A DNA stretch of 64,000 nt. Source: the human T2T-CHM13v2.0 reference genome, Homo sapiens. Location of the stretch: NCBI RefSeq assembly GCF_009914755.1, contig NC_060938.1; one strand, written 5' to 3'. Of this stretch, positions 11,471 through 25,009 are shown piece after piece. A program made the position numbers and the translations under genes. Each line of letters opens with the position of its first letter. Position 1 is the first letter of the stretch. The notes under the pieces were generated by a model. That model did not search any database. It had not been told where the DNA came from and saw only the letters and a list, made by a program, of their open reading frames with translations.

Positions 11471-12084
11471 AACAATTGACACTTGCAGCAGGCCTGGTAC
11501 TGTACCTGGTCTTCACTTGCATCATTTCATTAAACTTTCAACTCCAGTCTATTAGGTAGGATCTAGTCTCACTCCCCTTTTAGAGGCAAATACACTGAGG
11601 CTTCTGGAAATTAGTGACCCCTGGTGCTTTCTCCCATATAGTAATCATTATCTAGATGTCATTTCCCCTATTTAAGATGTCACTTCTTGAGAGCTGAGGT
11701 TGGAGCAACACGCTTGCTCCCTTATGTGAACTCACCCCACCTCCATTTCCAGAGAAGCCTTCATAGAACCTGCAGTCCAGAAGATGCTCATTAAACATTA
11801 GTTCATGAATTAATAACTTGGCTCATTGGGTCCCCAAATTACCTTAACTGAAAGGGCTGACACATGGGTAGGCTTATGAATGCAGTGTGCAGATGAGAGT
11901 AAGAAAAGTTAGGAGCAGAGGATAATAAGATGTGAAAGAAGCCAAGGAAATTGAGTTACTGTGCATTAGCAAACTTTAAGCTTAAAAGATATTATCTATT
12001 TCAACTACGCTGTCTCCTACCGGTTTTCATAAGAGACTAGGATACAAAGAGGTGAAGAGACTTGCCTAAATTGTTAACACAAGT

Positions 12085-12330
12085 AGTAGCTCCCATGTAT
12101 GAAGCCTCTGTTTTAGACCAGGCACTTCACGCAGTATTTCCAGTCTTCACAATGATCTCACAGCAAGGAATAATTTTTCTGACTTGACAGATGAGAAAAT
12201 TGAAGGTCTGAGAGGTAAAGTTTCCAATACCACAATGCCACTAGTGAGGGACATGGGCAGGATTTGAATCCAGATTTGTCTCAAGCAAAAATTCATGTTT
12301 TTTTTTTCCTTCCCCTTTTACCATACTGTG
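12085..12330 (-). mobile_element. MIR SINE
   Basis: MIR core ACAGATGAGAAAATTGAAGGTCTGAGAGGTAAAG...GGATTTGAATCCAGATTTGTC. Confidence 0.75.
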
Positions 12331-12959
12331 CTGTTGGCTGTGCAACTGGAACTAAAAGTAATGCTTCTTAACTCAGAGTCCAGTGTATGTAATAGTACCT
12401 GACTCTAAAGCCCCCTGGGAGAAGACCCCTGTCTATTAATTCCCTTTCTATAGCATCTCTACTAAACACCATGGGCCATTTGGGGCCTAATAAATTTCTT
12501 TTATTGGTGAAGGTTATCTTTGGCATAATAATAAGAAAAAAAATCTTTATTATAGAGAAATAAATGGCAATTTTAAAACAATTTGAATGTAGAATAGGAA
12601 AGAAAAGGGAACATAGTCAATTCAAATGTGTTCATGATAAAAAGAAAGGCAACATGGAACCTCACACCATGCATAGCTCATCATTCCCTTCTTCTTGGGT
12701 CAATCTGCTTGCCCCAGCTTTCTCATTCATCTTTTAAAAAAAACTGATATAAAAATACCTTAGATGTTCCTGAGCACAAAACAATGGGGTCCCAGGGCAG
12801 AAAGGGCAGAAGGAGGATGTAGATAAACATAGAATTATCCAGGTCAGCAGAATTTCTACTTTCCTATGACCCAGCTTAAAATATTGCCACTTGCTTCTTT
12901 GGCTCATAATGCTATCTCTTTCTTATTCTTCTTCATTTTTCTTTGAGACTATCACAAAA

Positions 12960-13145
12960 CAGTAGCTATCTTATTTTTTTATTGCACTTATCACCATTTG
13001 AAATATTTTCATCATTTATTTGCTTACTTCTTTGCTGTGTGTCTCCCTCTATAAACTGTATGCAAACTTATACTTCCTAACTGCCTTGTTCACAGGTATA
13101 TCCCCAACTGCTAAAACATTACTTGTCATATAGTAGGTATTGGAG
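12960..13145 (+). mobile_element. L2 3' end
   Basis: GCACTTATCACCATTTG...CTTGTTCACAGGTATATCCCCA...CATATAGTAGGTA. Confidence 0.6.
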
Positions 13146-14504
13146 GAAAAAATGGACCACTGTTGAAAGAATAAGTGGAATTAAAGCCACTCAATGGGAT
13201 GTCATGGTCTTGTATGCTTAGACAACACCCTGGTCTCTTCTGACTCCTATTTTCAAATGGATTTGATTCTTCCATGCCTACCAGGACCTGAGTCCTGAAG
13301 GGGAATTAAGAGTTCTCCAGGGGACAAAGTGGGGGAACAACCCAGGCCAAGGGGCCATGAAAGAAGGAGATCCTGACCTTGCATCTCATTGCTGCTATGG
13401 TGTCAAAAGACTCCTTGGAAAGTTTGAAACTTGGTGCCAAGTGATTAGATGGAGCTTTTTAGTGTGTGACGACTGCAAGTTGATTTGTAGATGATTGAAA
13501 GTGGATACCTGCTCATCTGGTGGGATTCCAATCAGAGCTGAACACCTCTTTAAGTCAATAGGATTTGCCATTACAATCAATGGTTTTCCCTGAGTGTAAA
13601 TCTCCCAGTCAAATCACTAGGAAGTGATCAATGAAACTGCTTTTTGATGTCAGTAGGAAATTAGTATATAAGGTAAGTCGATGGGGAAAGTCTCCAACTT
13701 TCCTCAGGAAACTTTTGATTCTTCGGTAATTTACAAATCAAAATGATATGCACAGATCTCCTCCCCACCCCAACATTAACAACTTGCTCTTCAGAAATCC
13801 TTACCCAGTCTCTCACCAATCTGTGAGGCTTCTTGGTTTCAAATGTCAGCTTCTTAGTCTTTGGCAGACAGTATGGAAGTAATGTTATGGTGTGTATGAC
13901 ATACAGTAGGTAGTTTTTCTTTCATTTACTTGCAATCACTGAGAAAGAGAGAGAGAAAGAGAGACGGAGAGAGAAGAAAAGAAACACCCTAAACAACTTC
14001 CCATCCCTTATTATTTCATCAGTTGCTGTATATAATCAATAAAGTTCCCTGACAGACATCAAGGTGTTATGGCCACTCTTAGAGCCTATAATCAGTACAA
14101 GAGTTTCATGATGAGTTTGATATTCAACTTACCCAGGTGACTCTCGTTGGGCTACTGGGTGAGCTTGAGGAAGTGAAGAGGTTGGTTGGATATAGTAAAA
14201 GCCACACTTCTAAGCTGCCTAAGAATGGTGAGGCTTGATGGTGATGCCTTGGCATAGAAAGAGGTCAGCAACCCATGGTTCCACATGGTGGCCAGGAGGC
14301 CAGAGAATGTAGGTTTTATTCTGCCCGTGCATGTCCTCAATTGCCAGGTAACCATGGCCACAACCTGTGTCTCTTACTCTGGTTCCTCAAAATCCACCAG
14401 AACACAACGTAGTCAGAGTCCTCTCGCTTCCACTTACCACTTAAATGACTTTAAGAATTAATGATTTAATAATAACCATAAGCATAATGAACAGCAACCA
14501 CAAT

Positions 14505-14755
14505 AGTAGCAGCTCATACCTTTTGAGCATTTAACCACGTGCCTAATATTGTCTAAGTGTCTTCCATGCGTAAACTTATTAAGTCCTCATAGCATCTCTC
14601 TTAGTTACTATTAGTATTGCCATTCTACATGTGAAGAAACAGAAGCACTTAAAGTTCGAGTCACTAGCCAAGTGTCAAATGGTCAGTAGGAGACGGGGCC
14701 AGGAGTTGAATCCAGAAATTCCGATTCTAGAGCCCAAGCTCTTTACCAGCAAGTC
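14505..14755 (-). mobile_element. MIR SINE, near full length
   Basis: TTTTGAGCATTTAACCACGTGCC...CATTCTACATGTGAAGAAACAGAAGCAC...GGAGTTGAATCCAG...CTAGAGCCCAAGCTCTTTACC. Confidence 0.8.
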
Positions 14756-15511
14756 AATCTCCTCCCCTGGACTCCAGTTCATTATTTCTTCAGGGTTGTG
14801 TGTGAGGCTTGGGTGAGTGTAAATGTGGACGCCTTCTCTGTAAGCTATACAAATAGAAATTAGTATGTTCAAGCCTTTGGTAACCAGAGTGTCAGTCTGA
14901 GAGCATGATCCCTAACTTAACTTCTGTCCTAACACTGGAAACACAATTTAAAAGCACACACTTCTGATGGACGGGCCAGTGGTGTTATTCAGAGGCATTA
15001 AGGAGAATATTGTCATTATAACCTTTCAGCAAACTGCCCCTTGGCTGGGATGATTATCTCCCTGCTCAGAGCATTCACATATGGCAGTGACAGCCAGTCT
15101 AGCATGAACAGATTCAATACTGCATTTATATGAATTTTGTCTTCTTAACCTGTGGGTGTATTTTCCTCCGTTGCCTTACATGTTCCTGGTGATTATTACT
15201 CTGACATTCTTGCCATTCTGACTTTTCTTAAAATTTGATTTTCCTCCCTAAAGGATGATGTCTTCTTCCTCATTGTGTCCCCAACACTCAGCACAGCATC
15301 TAGAACACGGCAGGATCATCATCTTTTATCTGGTTTAAATTTTCTTTAACATTAATATTTTGGCATTTGGAAGCTTATTAAACCCATGTTCTAAATTCTG
15401 AGATTTTAATTATGTACGTTCCTGCTTGCTTCTCAGCCAGTTAGGTACCCTTTTTTACAATTTTGTACATGGCCTGAGCTGGACTCCATGACATGCTTAA
15501 TATGTGTTGTC

Positions 15512-15877
15512 TCTATTGGTCAGAATGAAGTAGGTTATGCTGTTGTAACAAACCCCCCTAAATCTCATTTACTTATAAAGCCAAAGGCTGACTTTATGTT
15601 GCTATTAGGTGAGTTGGCTTCATATCTTGTCACTGTGGGATCTGGGTTGAGGAAGTAACCACCGTTATCTCAGATTTCTGGTTTCCACAGGGAGGAGTTC
15701 TGGGAGACCTGACCCTAGCAATTGAAAGACACATGCATGACTTCTACTCATCTTAAAAGCTAGAACTGGTCACTCAGGCCCACTCTAAGCCAAAAAAGTG
15801 AGGAAGTGCAATCCTGCAACATGCTGGGAAAGTGGAGAGCTGGCAATATGTGGTAAGCCGCTCTAATGACTACCACA
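15512..15877 (-). mobile_element. MLT1I-like MaLR solo LTR
   Basis: TAGGTTATGCTGTTGTAACAAACCCCCTAAATCTC...CTAATGACTACCACA ends, with a 4/5 TSD TTGTC / TGGTC. Confidence 0.7.
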
Positions 15878-17434
15878 TGGTCTTCAAAAAGTCCAGTCTA
15901 GTCTAAATGACAAGAAAGGAACCCATTAATTAAACTGGAATACAAGAGAAAAAGTGATGAGTAGTTTAAAGGTCAAAAATCATGCAAGGTGAACGGGAAA
16001 ATGAGAAATAACTTTTTTGCACATCTGTTAGATTTGAATACCTTTACATATGGGTTCTGACTGACCTCTCAGCAGTCTTATGAGACAGATGCTATCGGCT
16101 CCATTTTTCATGTAGTAGAAAACTGTAGCCAGTCAAGGATTTGTTGAAGGCCAGTGGGGGCACAGCTACTCTTTCCCCTATTTCTCATGTAAGTAACTTG
16201 ATGCCTTCTTCTTCATTGTGTCTTATCCTGTCTTGTGTTTATCCTGTCTCAGACAGCCCAAGCACAGTGTGTGACATAAAATAGGCTCAGTAGATGATGA
16301 CTGGAGGAAAGAGCCTATGAAGGGTTGCTTCTGGATTAAAGAACCAGGTTGGATCCTCCAAATGTATTCAAGTACAGTCAATAAGTGGTAGCTGGTGAAC
16401 CCTCTTCACTACCAACTATGACCAGAAGCTCTCCAGAATGTTGTTTTTTATCTCCTTCTTTCTCTCCCCCTTAGGGACCAATTCTTATGTTGACTTAGAG
16501 AAGGATGTACTATTTTATGCATATCTGAGACAAACACAGCCCACAGCCCTCTTTAAATAAAAGTTCTTTTCCTTCTCCCTCTATTTCTTCTTTATTTTTT
16601 ATTTCCATTTTTTTTTGTCATTTTCTGGAGTTTTGGAAATTAGGCCATGAATATATGGCCTAATTTGTATGTGTCTGTGCTTGCAAAATCAAAAAAGATA
16701 CCAGAAAAGAATTTTTTGTTGTAAATATGAGATGTTGAGTTGTTTTCACTTGTTGAAAAGAAGAAGTACTTTTGCATTTTATTGAGTAGCACAACACTTT
16801 GAATCACATAATTAACATTTAAGATAAATATTGTAGATATGATTAAAGTAGGTATAAAATGCTTTTCATCTAGTAGCAGGACAACTCCTTTTTTGAGGAA
16901 GATATAAAAACTTAATTATTTAAGCAAGCAACAAATTGAAGTGCAGACTCTACTTGCAGTCAATGATTATTTCAGAAATATTTTTGAGCACCCAGTGCTA
17001 ATAACTATTTTAATTATAATAGCATCTCTACATGGAGGACTTATTGCACTCAGCATTGTCACAAAGCATTAAGTGTTATCTCATTTGCTCTTTGCTCCAA
17101 CTGTATGAAACAGGCAATCAGGCCATTATATTGTCCCTGTTACCTTGAGGAGTTAACCAGGTTTAAAGATGAGAAATTACTTGTCTAAGGTCATATGGCT
17201 GGAACTCAGTACTGTCTGGCTTTCAAGGTCAACCTCAACCATTTCAGTTCAGTATACCCATTCATAGTGTGTGCCAGTTACATGGATGCACAGACAGACT
17301 AAGAAACATATTGATTAACTCCCTAATTATATAGTGGGTGAACTGGGGTCAAGAGAAGAGGCAACTCACCCTAATTATCCTATCACTTGGCAGCAGTACA
17401 GGAACTCATGTCTGAAAGCCCTGAATCTTAGAAA

Positions 17435-17680
17435 GTGAAGTTCTTTGGGCCCAGGCTCTGGATTTAGACAGACTGAATTAAAACCCACATTCACTATGGC
17501 AGAACTGAGTAACCTCAGACACATGTGAAGCTCGGTTTCCTCATCTATAAATTTGGTGATCATTTTACATGTGTGTGCACACGCATGCTTCATGCCTATG
17601 TGAGGGTTAAATGAGTTGCTGTATGCAAAGCCTGCCTCATCAGAGATGTTTAATCATTTATTTTACAATAATAATTATTA
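17435..17680 (+). mobile_element. MIR SINE
   Basis: CAGGCTCTGGATTTAGACAGAC...GCTCGGTTTCCTCATCTATAAA...GTGAGGGTTAAATGAG. Confidence 0.75.
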
Positions 17681-18574
17681 TTAATTCACTGCACTTTCTA
17701 CTGCAATAATTTTTTAATACTGCAGTGAGTTGCTTTCGAAAACTTTTTGTTTTAAGCTAATCACAGTTGAGAATGAGGAGCCTAGCCTGGCCATGGCCAG
17801 CGTGGGAAGGAGAAATGGTCACAGTCAATGCAATTTGCATCCTGTGGTCTGTATGTCTAGGTCAAGAGAGCTCAAGATGCAAGAAGGACATTGACCTCTG
17901 CCATGCATTTAGTGAAAGTGAGTTTTTTGTTAGTACGTAAGACCATAAGCTGGAAGCGCTGTCCTATTGAACTTGCCAATATGATTAAAATTTATGCTGT
18001 CCTAATTATACTGGGAAGACAGTGCAGGCCACCAAACTCTACTTTGGAAGGAAATCCATCACTGCTTGCCTCTTTTCCTGGTTCTCAAGGATGTCCACAA
18101 TGACCCTCAAGCCACAGGACCTAAAGAAGAGAGCACAGTGCGCCAGCAAGCATGTGGGGGCAGGGACAACTCCTGGCACCAGCTCTGCCAGGGCTAGCAG
18201 GGACCTTGAGCATGTTATGCCCCCTCTCCTAGTTTCTGAGATCCAATGAGGCACAGAGGGGAAGAAATACCTAGGTTCTTGGTTCTGCTGTTTGTTGCAG
18301 CTTTAGTAACTTGGCTTCTGTGAGGCTGAATTACCTTATCTGCAAAGGGAGATAATAATTTCTAACTCAAAGGAGGACTGACAAGGGCAAGTGCCAAAGC
18401 ATATATAGACCTCTGGCATGATGCCTGATAATCAATGCTCAATTAATAGTAATAATGATGATCACACCAAAGGGTGTTTTATTTTTATTTACATGACCAT
18501 GAACTTCTCGAGGACAGAGGCTTTATTTTCCTTATCTATCTACTTCAGTGCCCAAGACAGTCTCTAATAATAAC

Positions 18575-18765
18575 AGGGTCAACAATAACACCAACATTTA
18601 TTAGGCATTTACCATAAATTAGATACTGTTCTATGGACTTTAAATACACAAACTCATCGAATCCTCATGTTATTCTTATGATGTGGTTGCTGTCACTCTT
18701 CCCACATTCAGCTGCGAAAATGGGGGCGGAGAGAAGTTAAGTAACTTGCCCAGGGTCACACAGCT
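18575..18765 (-). mobile_element. MIR SINE inserted in an L2 3' end (L2 tail (TGAA)n at about 18800-18822)
   Basis: ACATTTATTAGGCATTTACC...GAGAAGTTAAGTAACTTGCCCAGGGTCACACAGC. The L2 end GTAGGAGGTGCTCAGTAAATGTGGAATGAATG follows. Confidence 0.75.
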
Positions 18766-20710
18766 TTTTGAGATGGTAGGAGGTGCTCAGTAAATGTGGA
18801 ATGAATGAATGAATGAATGAATGGCTTGCCATGATGCCTATCTGTCGATCCTGACCACAGCTCCTTGTGTGTTCCTGTTGTTGTTTTCAGGTGCTGGGCA
18901 GTTTGGCTGGAGGGATTTGCCAGTGGCAATGGGTACAGTGATTAGGGAGGCTACTGGTGCTTCTGTAAGTCCTGCCTGCCATCCATGTGCAGCGATAGTG
19001 AAAATGATGGGAGATTAATAGGAAATAATGGGATAGTGAGTACAGCACTTAGGCAGCTTTCCATGAGCAAAAAACCTCACATTTAGCAAGGTGCAATTAG
19101 CTCTCCAAGACAAGATGGATAGGCAGGAAATGAAATAGGCTTGCGGTGATTTTATTTTTATACCTGGGTCCGCCCTTGGTCCTTCGGCCTAGTTAGCACT
19201 TCCGAACCTCCAGCTGACTCTGCACTGCCTGCTAGCTTTAATACACTTCGACTCTGGCTTGCTACACAGCCCTAATGTCGAACACACGAAGCAGACAGCT
19301 GCCCAGAGGCATTCTCCATAGAAACTCTCATATCACAACAGAGCTCAGCTTTCCACTACCACGCCAGGCCTCTTCCTTCCATCAGTGAGCAACGTAGCAG
19401 GTTGCAGACGCCAGGCAGTGTCACAGAAATGTCCTAATAGACACATCGGGGGAAAGCAGGGCGGCTCCCGTTGCATGCCAGAAGCCTTTCCATCATACCT
19501 TCTCCTCCACATAAGCAGATTAAACTTCATTAACTGTTCTTAAAAGGTCTACATGCATCCATACCATAGGAACATGAAATGATCACCTTAAAAGAAATTA
19601 CCATTGTTTTCTTAACAGCCACCGCGAACTCCAAGGCATTTGCACAAAGACCTGTTTTGACTTTTCCCTTTCCAGAAGATGGACTATATATGTTTCCCTA
19701 AATGCAATAATTATTTTATTGCCCTGGCTTCTATCTGGGCACACATTCCATTTTCAAATGTAAATAATCATTTCCACCTTTAATAAATTAGATGGAACCT
19801 GTCTTGCTGGGAGAATGAACATTTCAATATCTTCAGACACACAATGACATCGTATCAATATTTAAAATCATTTTATGCATGTATTCCAAGTTGTCCAACT
19901 TCATTAAGGCCACTCATCAAGCCCTAGCTAGAATGTATTCCCATTGGACTTGTAGGCCTGGGGGCATACCAAACAGAAATTTAAACTAACTCACCTTTTT
20001 AATTCACATTATTCTCAAATATTCTCTTTTTTAACCCCCTGCCATGACTAAGGCATTTAGACTGGGCCATGATTTGGTACATGTCAAAATTTAACTGACA
20101 CAATCCCCATTAGTATGTCAGAATGTGTGTGCCCTGGTAAAATACAGTATCCATCCCTCCCTACTCTTTGATAAATTACCCACTAGTTCTTTTCAGCACT
20201 CGGTAATAATTTGAGTTTATTGCTTGGTGTTTCCGTTAAATATTTACAAACATTTTAAACTATGTATAAATGAAACTTTCAATGTTTTGCCAGTCTCATC
20301 CTTTCCCCTGACTCCAAAATAAAAGAAAAATCTCTTGATCTATTTTTCATATTCCTGAAGATGCCACACGTGAGCATTGATGCTGGGAATACAAATATCC
20401 TTGCAAATAAGATCAGCCCCTCTCCCTGCCATTTGTGTCGACCAGGGTGGATTTGTTTCCCAAGATATGCATTTTCTAGCCGATGCTGAAATCCCGCACT
20501 GCAATGCCAATAAGCAATTAAGTCCATGCTGAGGAACTTGCAATAAAACCTTCTCAAACAGGGCACAGACTCAGAGAAGGTTGGAGAAGCCTGCCTCCAC
20601 GATGCCACCTTTTGCCAGGCAAAGGCCACGGAATGCAAGCTCATACTTCAGGGGCAACCAGGCATCCGTGAGAGAAGTGGCTCTTTAGGAAAGGGAGGGG
20701 GAGGTGGCAT

Positions 20711-21098
20711 TGTTGTAGTCTATGAAGGCTGCCATAACAAAATACCAGAGGCTGGGCGGGCGAGGCCGGGGGCGGAGTGGGGGTCGCGGTTAAACAGTGG
20801 AAATGTATTTTCTCACCGTTCTGGAGGCTGGAAATCCAAGACAGAGATGTGAGCAGGGTTGGTTTGTTCTGGGCCCTCTCTCCTTGGCTTCTTCAGCGAC
20901 TTTGCATGGCCTTTCCACTGTGTGTGCACATCCCTGGTGATTCTTCTGTGTGCAAATTTCTTTTTCTTATAAGGATTCCTATTGGACTAGGGCCCACCCT
21001 GCTAACTTCATTTTAGCCATTTAAAAACCCTATTTCCAAATATGGTCACACCTGAGGTACTGGAGTTAGGGCTTCAGTGAAATTCAGCCCATAACAGT
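20711..21098 (-). mobile_element. MLT1A-type MaLR solo LTR
   Basis: GGCTGCCATAACAAAATACCA...TCTCACCGTTCTGGAGGCTGGAAATCCAAGA...AATTCAGCCCATAACA. Confidence 0.8.
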
Positions 21099-21589
21099 GC
21101 AGGGCTGTTTAAACAATAAGACAGTGGAGGGAATGAGAAGGCAAGGAGCAGCGTGAAGGATGAGAGGAAAAACGATGATCACAGAGGCAGAAAAAGGACC
21201 AGCAGCTGGGAAAAGTCCAGAGGAATTCAGACTTCTTTGTGCAGGGAAGAAGGCTGGAAACACAAGTGTCCATTATCCATCGTAGCTCTGACACTTGCTT
21301 ACTGTCAGCATCCACTTCCTTTAATGCTTGTCACTGTGTTTAAAATAAAACCTCAACTCCCAAATCCCCTGCGCAATTGGTCTCCTGCCGCGTCTTCTCC
21401 AGGAGCTCTCCTACCTCTCTTAGAAAGCATGTGGCCCTCTTTCTTTTCTCCAACAGGCCAAGCTCTTTCCCACCCAAAAGCCTCAGCACATGCTTCTCCC
21501 TCTGCTTGGTGGTTCCCTACAGCTGGTTAATTTCTCCTTATCTTGCAGATCTCAATTTAAATGCCTTCAAGTTTAAGAGGTCCTTTCTC

Positions 21590-21902
<313 letters not shown>

Positions 21903-24630
21903 TCCTTTCTCTTTACTCTTACCTGAGAATGAAACCTCCTTTTTCAGCATCCTGGTTCCTTTCTTTGGAGCACTACGTTTGTTACTACCATTTGCAATTG
22001 TTTTATTTGTTGGCTTGTTTAGCGTCAGCGGAGGGAAGAAAGTGGCTCCCTGTAAGGAAACACTGAATTTGAAATTCTCATGTCATATCCCGGTGGAGAC
22101 ACCCAGAGGTTCTTAGGACACAAAGGCGTGAATATCTAAGCTAAAGAAATGGATTTAGAAGCTTCCAGTCTAAAGTCTGTAGTTCAAACCATGAACTACA
22201 TGAAGAGGTCCTGAGTCGGAGAGTAAGAGGGAACCGGACAGAATCCTGAGTGTAATTTCCATATTTAAAGCTCCTATAAAGCCACTAGATAGTAAATAAG
22301 AAAATGCCCTGGAAATTTGGAAACAGTAGTTGCTCAGTATCAGTGTTTCTTATACCCCAAGAGGAGGCCAGTTATGGGGTCCCAGTCTAGAAGTCATAAG
22401 ACATAGATCCCTCTGTGGCTGTGTCTGAACTAGCAGCTCTTTCCTGATCTGGGCCTCAGAGCTTCTGTCTGTCCAGAGGGCAGGCCATGCCACATGGTAT
22501 CAAGAGTCTCCTCGAGGTCTGCTGTGCCTTTGGTTGGCCAGTGACTGCCCAGCACAGAGGAGAAATCATAACCCTCTCAGTTCCCTGGAGTATTCTCTGA
22601 GACATGTCCTTGTGAGCAGTGGCCCTGCTTGCAGCACAAACAAGAAATAAACTCCTGTGTGCCTATGTTCTTGCTTCTTTAGGTGTTTATTTCCTGTCTC
22701 CTCTTTCCAGTGAGAAACCATCTCATCAGGGCTGGTGGTGGGGATCCCGGGGAATACCCAGGGCCCGGTAGGGCAGACGGCATCCAGGGCTACAAAGCTT
22801 CATAGCAATGCAAAGTCCAGGTAGAGATTCATTGCAGAGTCGATGCCAAATACCTGGGCCAAGAGTTTCCCATCTGCTCTCTAGTCTCCCCTTCCATTAA
22901 CCGCCAAGATCTCCTTGTTTTATAGATGAGACAAATGACTTGTCCCTGGTGGTTGGAACTTAGGTTTTCTGAATTCAAATCTCAGTGTTTTCTATTCCAT
23001 CTCAAGGTACTGAGGACAAGGACTCTTCCTTCTTCATTGGTCAAGTCTTCCTTTTTGGGCAAAGTCTATTCTTTGTTTCATCAAGCATAGACTCAAGCAT
23101 AGACTCATTCTCCCGCTCCTGAATGAGTAATGAAAGCAACTTGCCGGTTCTTTGAGGTTCTTGAAAGTTCTGAGGTCAGCTTAGTGCCTCTGTGGTCCTG
23201 TTTCCTGGGGTCAAATGGAGATAAGGATCACTTACATTACAGAGTTGCTGTGGGGACTAAATGACCCCACAAATGAGAAATTGGCTCGATGACAGTAGGC
23301 ATTCAATGCACATCAGCACATCTGAATTGAAAGGCATCAGAGAGACAGCATTTAAGCTTGGGGTTAAAAAGCACAGTGTTTGGAGAGGTGGAGTGGGAAA
23401 GTGAAGATATTCCAGGTGTACAGAAGAATTGAGTGCTGCCTTTCCTCCATACTTCCCCCCGGTTTGGGAACTTTGGGGATTTATTTCTTAGTGTGGGGTA
23501 ATTGCATTTTCAAGTCAGTCATGTGCTCATTGGAGTAATAGAGCATTATTTGAGTCACTTCCAAAATGAAGTGCTTATCTAAAAAAAAAAAAAAGAGAGA
23601 GATTGAAGAGCTCCCATAATATTAAATTGTTCTGCACTATTCGTGCCTAAATCTCGATGCTTTCCAAATTCAGTACTTCACATTTTAAAAGAGCTCTTCA
23701 TGTTAGAAGTGAATGAGGTGTTCTGGGCTCACGCACTGTGGGCCAATTTAGACTCCCCCGATTGTGCTGATAATGTGAAGAGCGCTCCAGCTATGTAGAG
23801 TGCAGCTCCGGCATCCATCCGCTGCTCTCACGAGCCCCTTCTGAGCTGGAGGCAGGCTGGTCTCTGGAAGGTCTGTGCCCATGGGGGCAACTCTGGGCTG
23901 GACCCACTCCAGGCCTCCAGTGCAACATATTGTTCTCGTTCTGAACAAAAGTCTGGGTCTCAAAAAGAATTAAACAATTAGGCAACAGAGTATAGGGTTT
24001 GTTTCCACCAGGCCACCAGGATGGAATCCTTGTAGAGCTGGTTTATCCGTTGTCGGAAGGACAGAGACCAGCTGTCATTAAAGTGCTACCCTATGCTGGT
24101 TGCCAGTATGAAGACTTGAGTTGTCTGTTTTATTAGGCACAATAACAGGGTGAGATATTTATACACTGTGGAGGCAGAAGCTCAGAGACATTAACAAATG
24201 TTCCTACAGATAGGAAGGAACATCCCTGGGCCTGGACTCGGTTCTACCTATTCCAGTGTCTGTGCTCCCCTCCCAGCTAGGCAGTGTGGAGAAAATGTGG
24301 ACTTGGAATTAGAAATGGAGCCCGGCCATTAAATATGTCTTCTGACTCAGTGTCCAGAGTTCCTTCTGCTCATAGCACATCGGTGCCATTTTCTGAAAAA
24401 AAAATATTCTTTGGTAGGATGGTTCAATGTCAGAGTTTCAATGCCAGTTTCATTCACAAAAAACAAACACATTATAAATATAGACCACTAATCACGGAAG
24501 TAAGTTCCACTGACAGCCACAGATAAGGATGTGGGGATTGAGGTGTGGAGGTGGCACATGGCTATCGGAGGTGATGCGGTAAGACAGCGGCCAGACTCGT
24601 GTAGATTCTTCCGGTCTTGGCTTCCCTGAC

Positions 24631-25009
24631 TGATACGGTTTGGCTCTGTGTCTCCACCCAAATCTCAGCTCGAATTGTAATCACCATAATCCCCACTTGT
24701 CAAGGGCGGGATGGAATGGAGGTAATTGGATCATGGAGGCCATTTCCCCCATGCTGTTCTCATGATAGTGAGTGAGTTCTCATGATATCTGATGGTTTTA
24801 TAATCATCTGGCATTTCCCCTGCTTGCACTCATTCTGTCCTGCTACCCTGTGAAGAAGGTGCCTGCTTCTCCTCTGCCTTCCACCATGACTTTAGGTTTC
24901 CTGAGGCCTCCCCAGCAATGCGGCACTGCAAGTCAATTAAACCTTTTTCTTTTATAAATTACCCCATCTCAGTTATTGCTTCCTAGCAGTGTGAGAACAG
25001 ACTAATATA
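24631..25009 (+). mobile_element. THE1D/THE1C-type MaLR solo LTR
   Basis: TGATACGGTTTGGCTCTGTGTC...GAACAGACTAATATA, 379 bp, with a perfect TSD CTGAC (24626-24630, 25010-25014). Confidence 0.9.
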
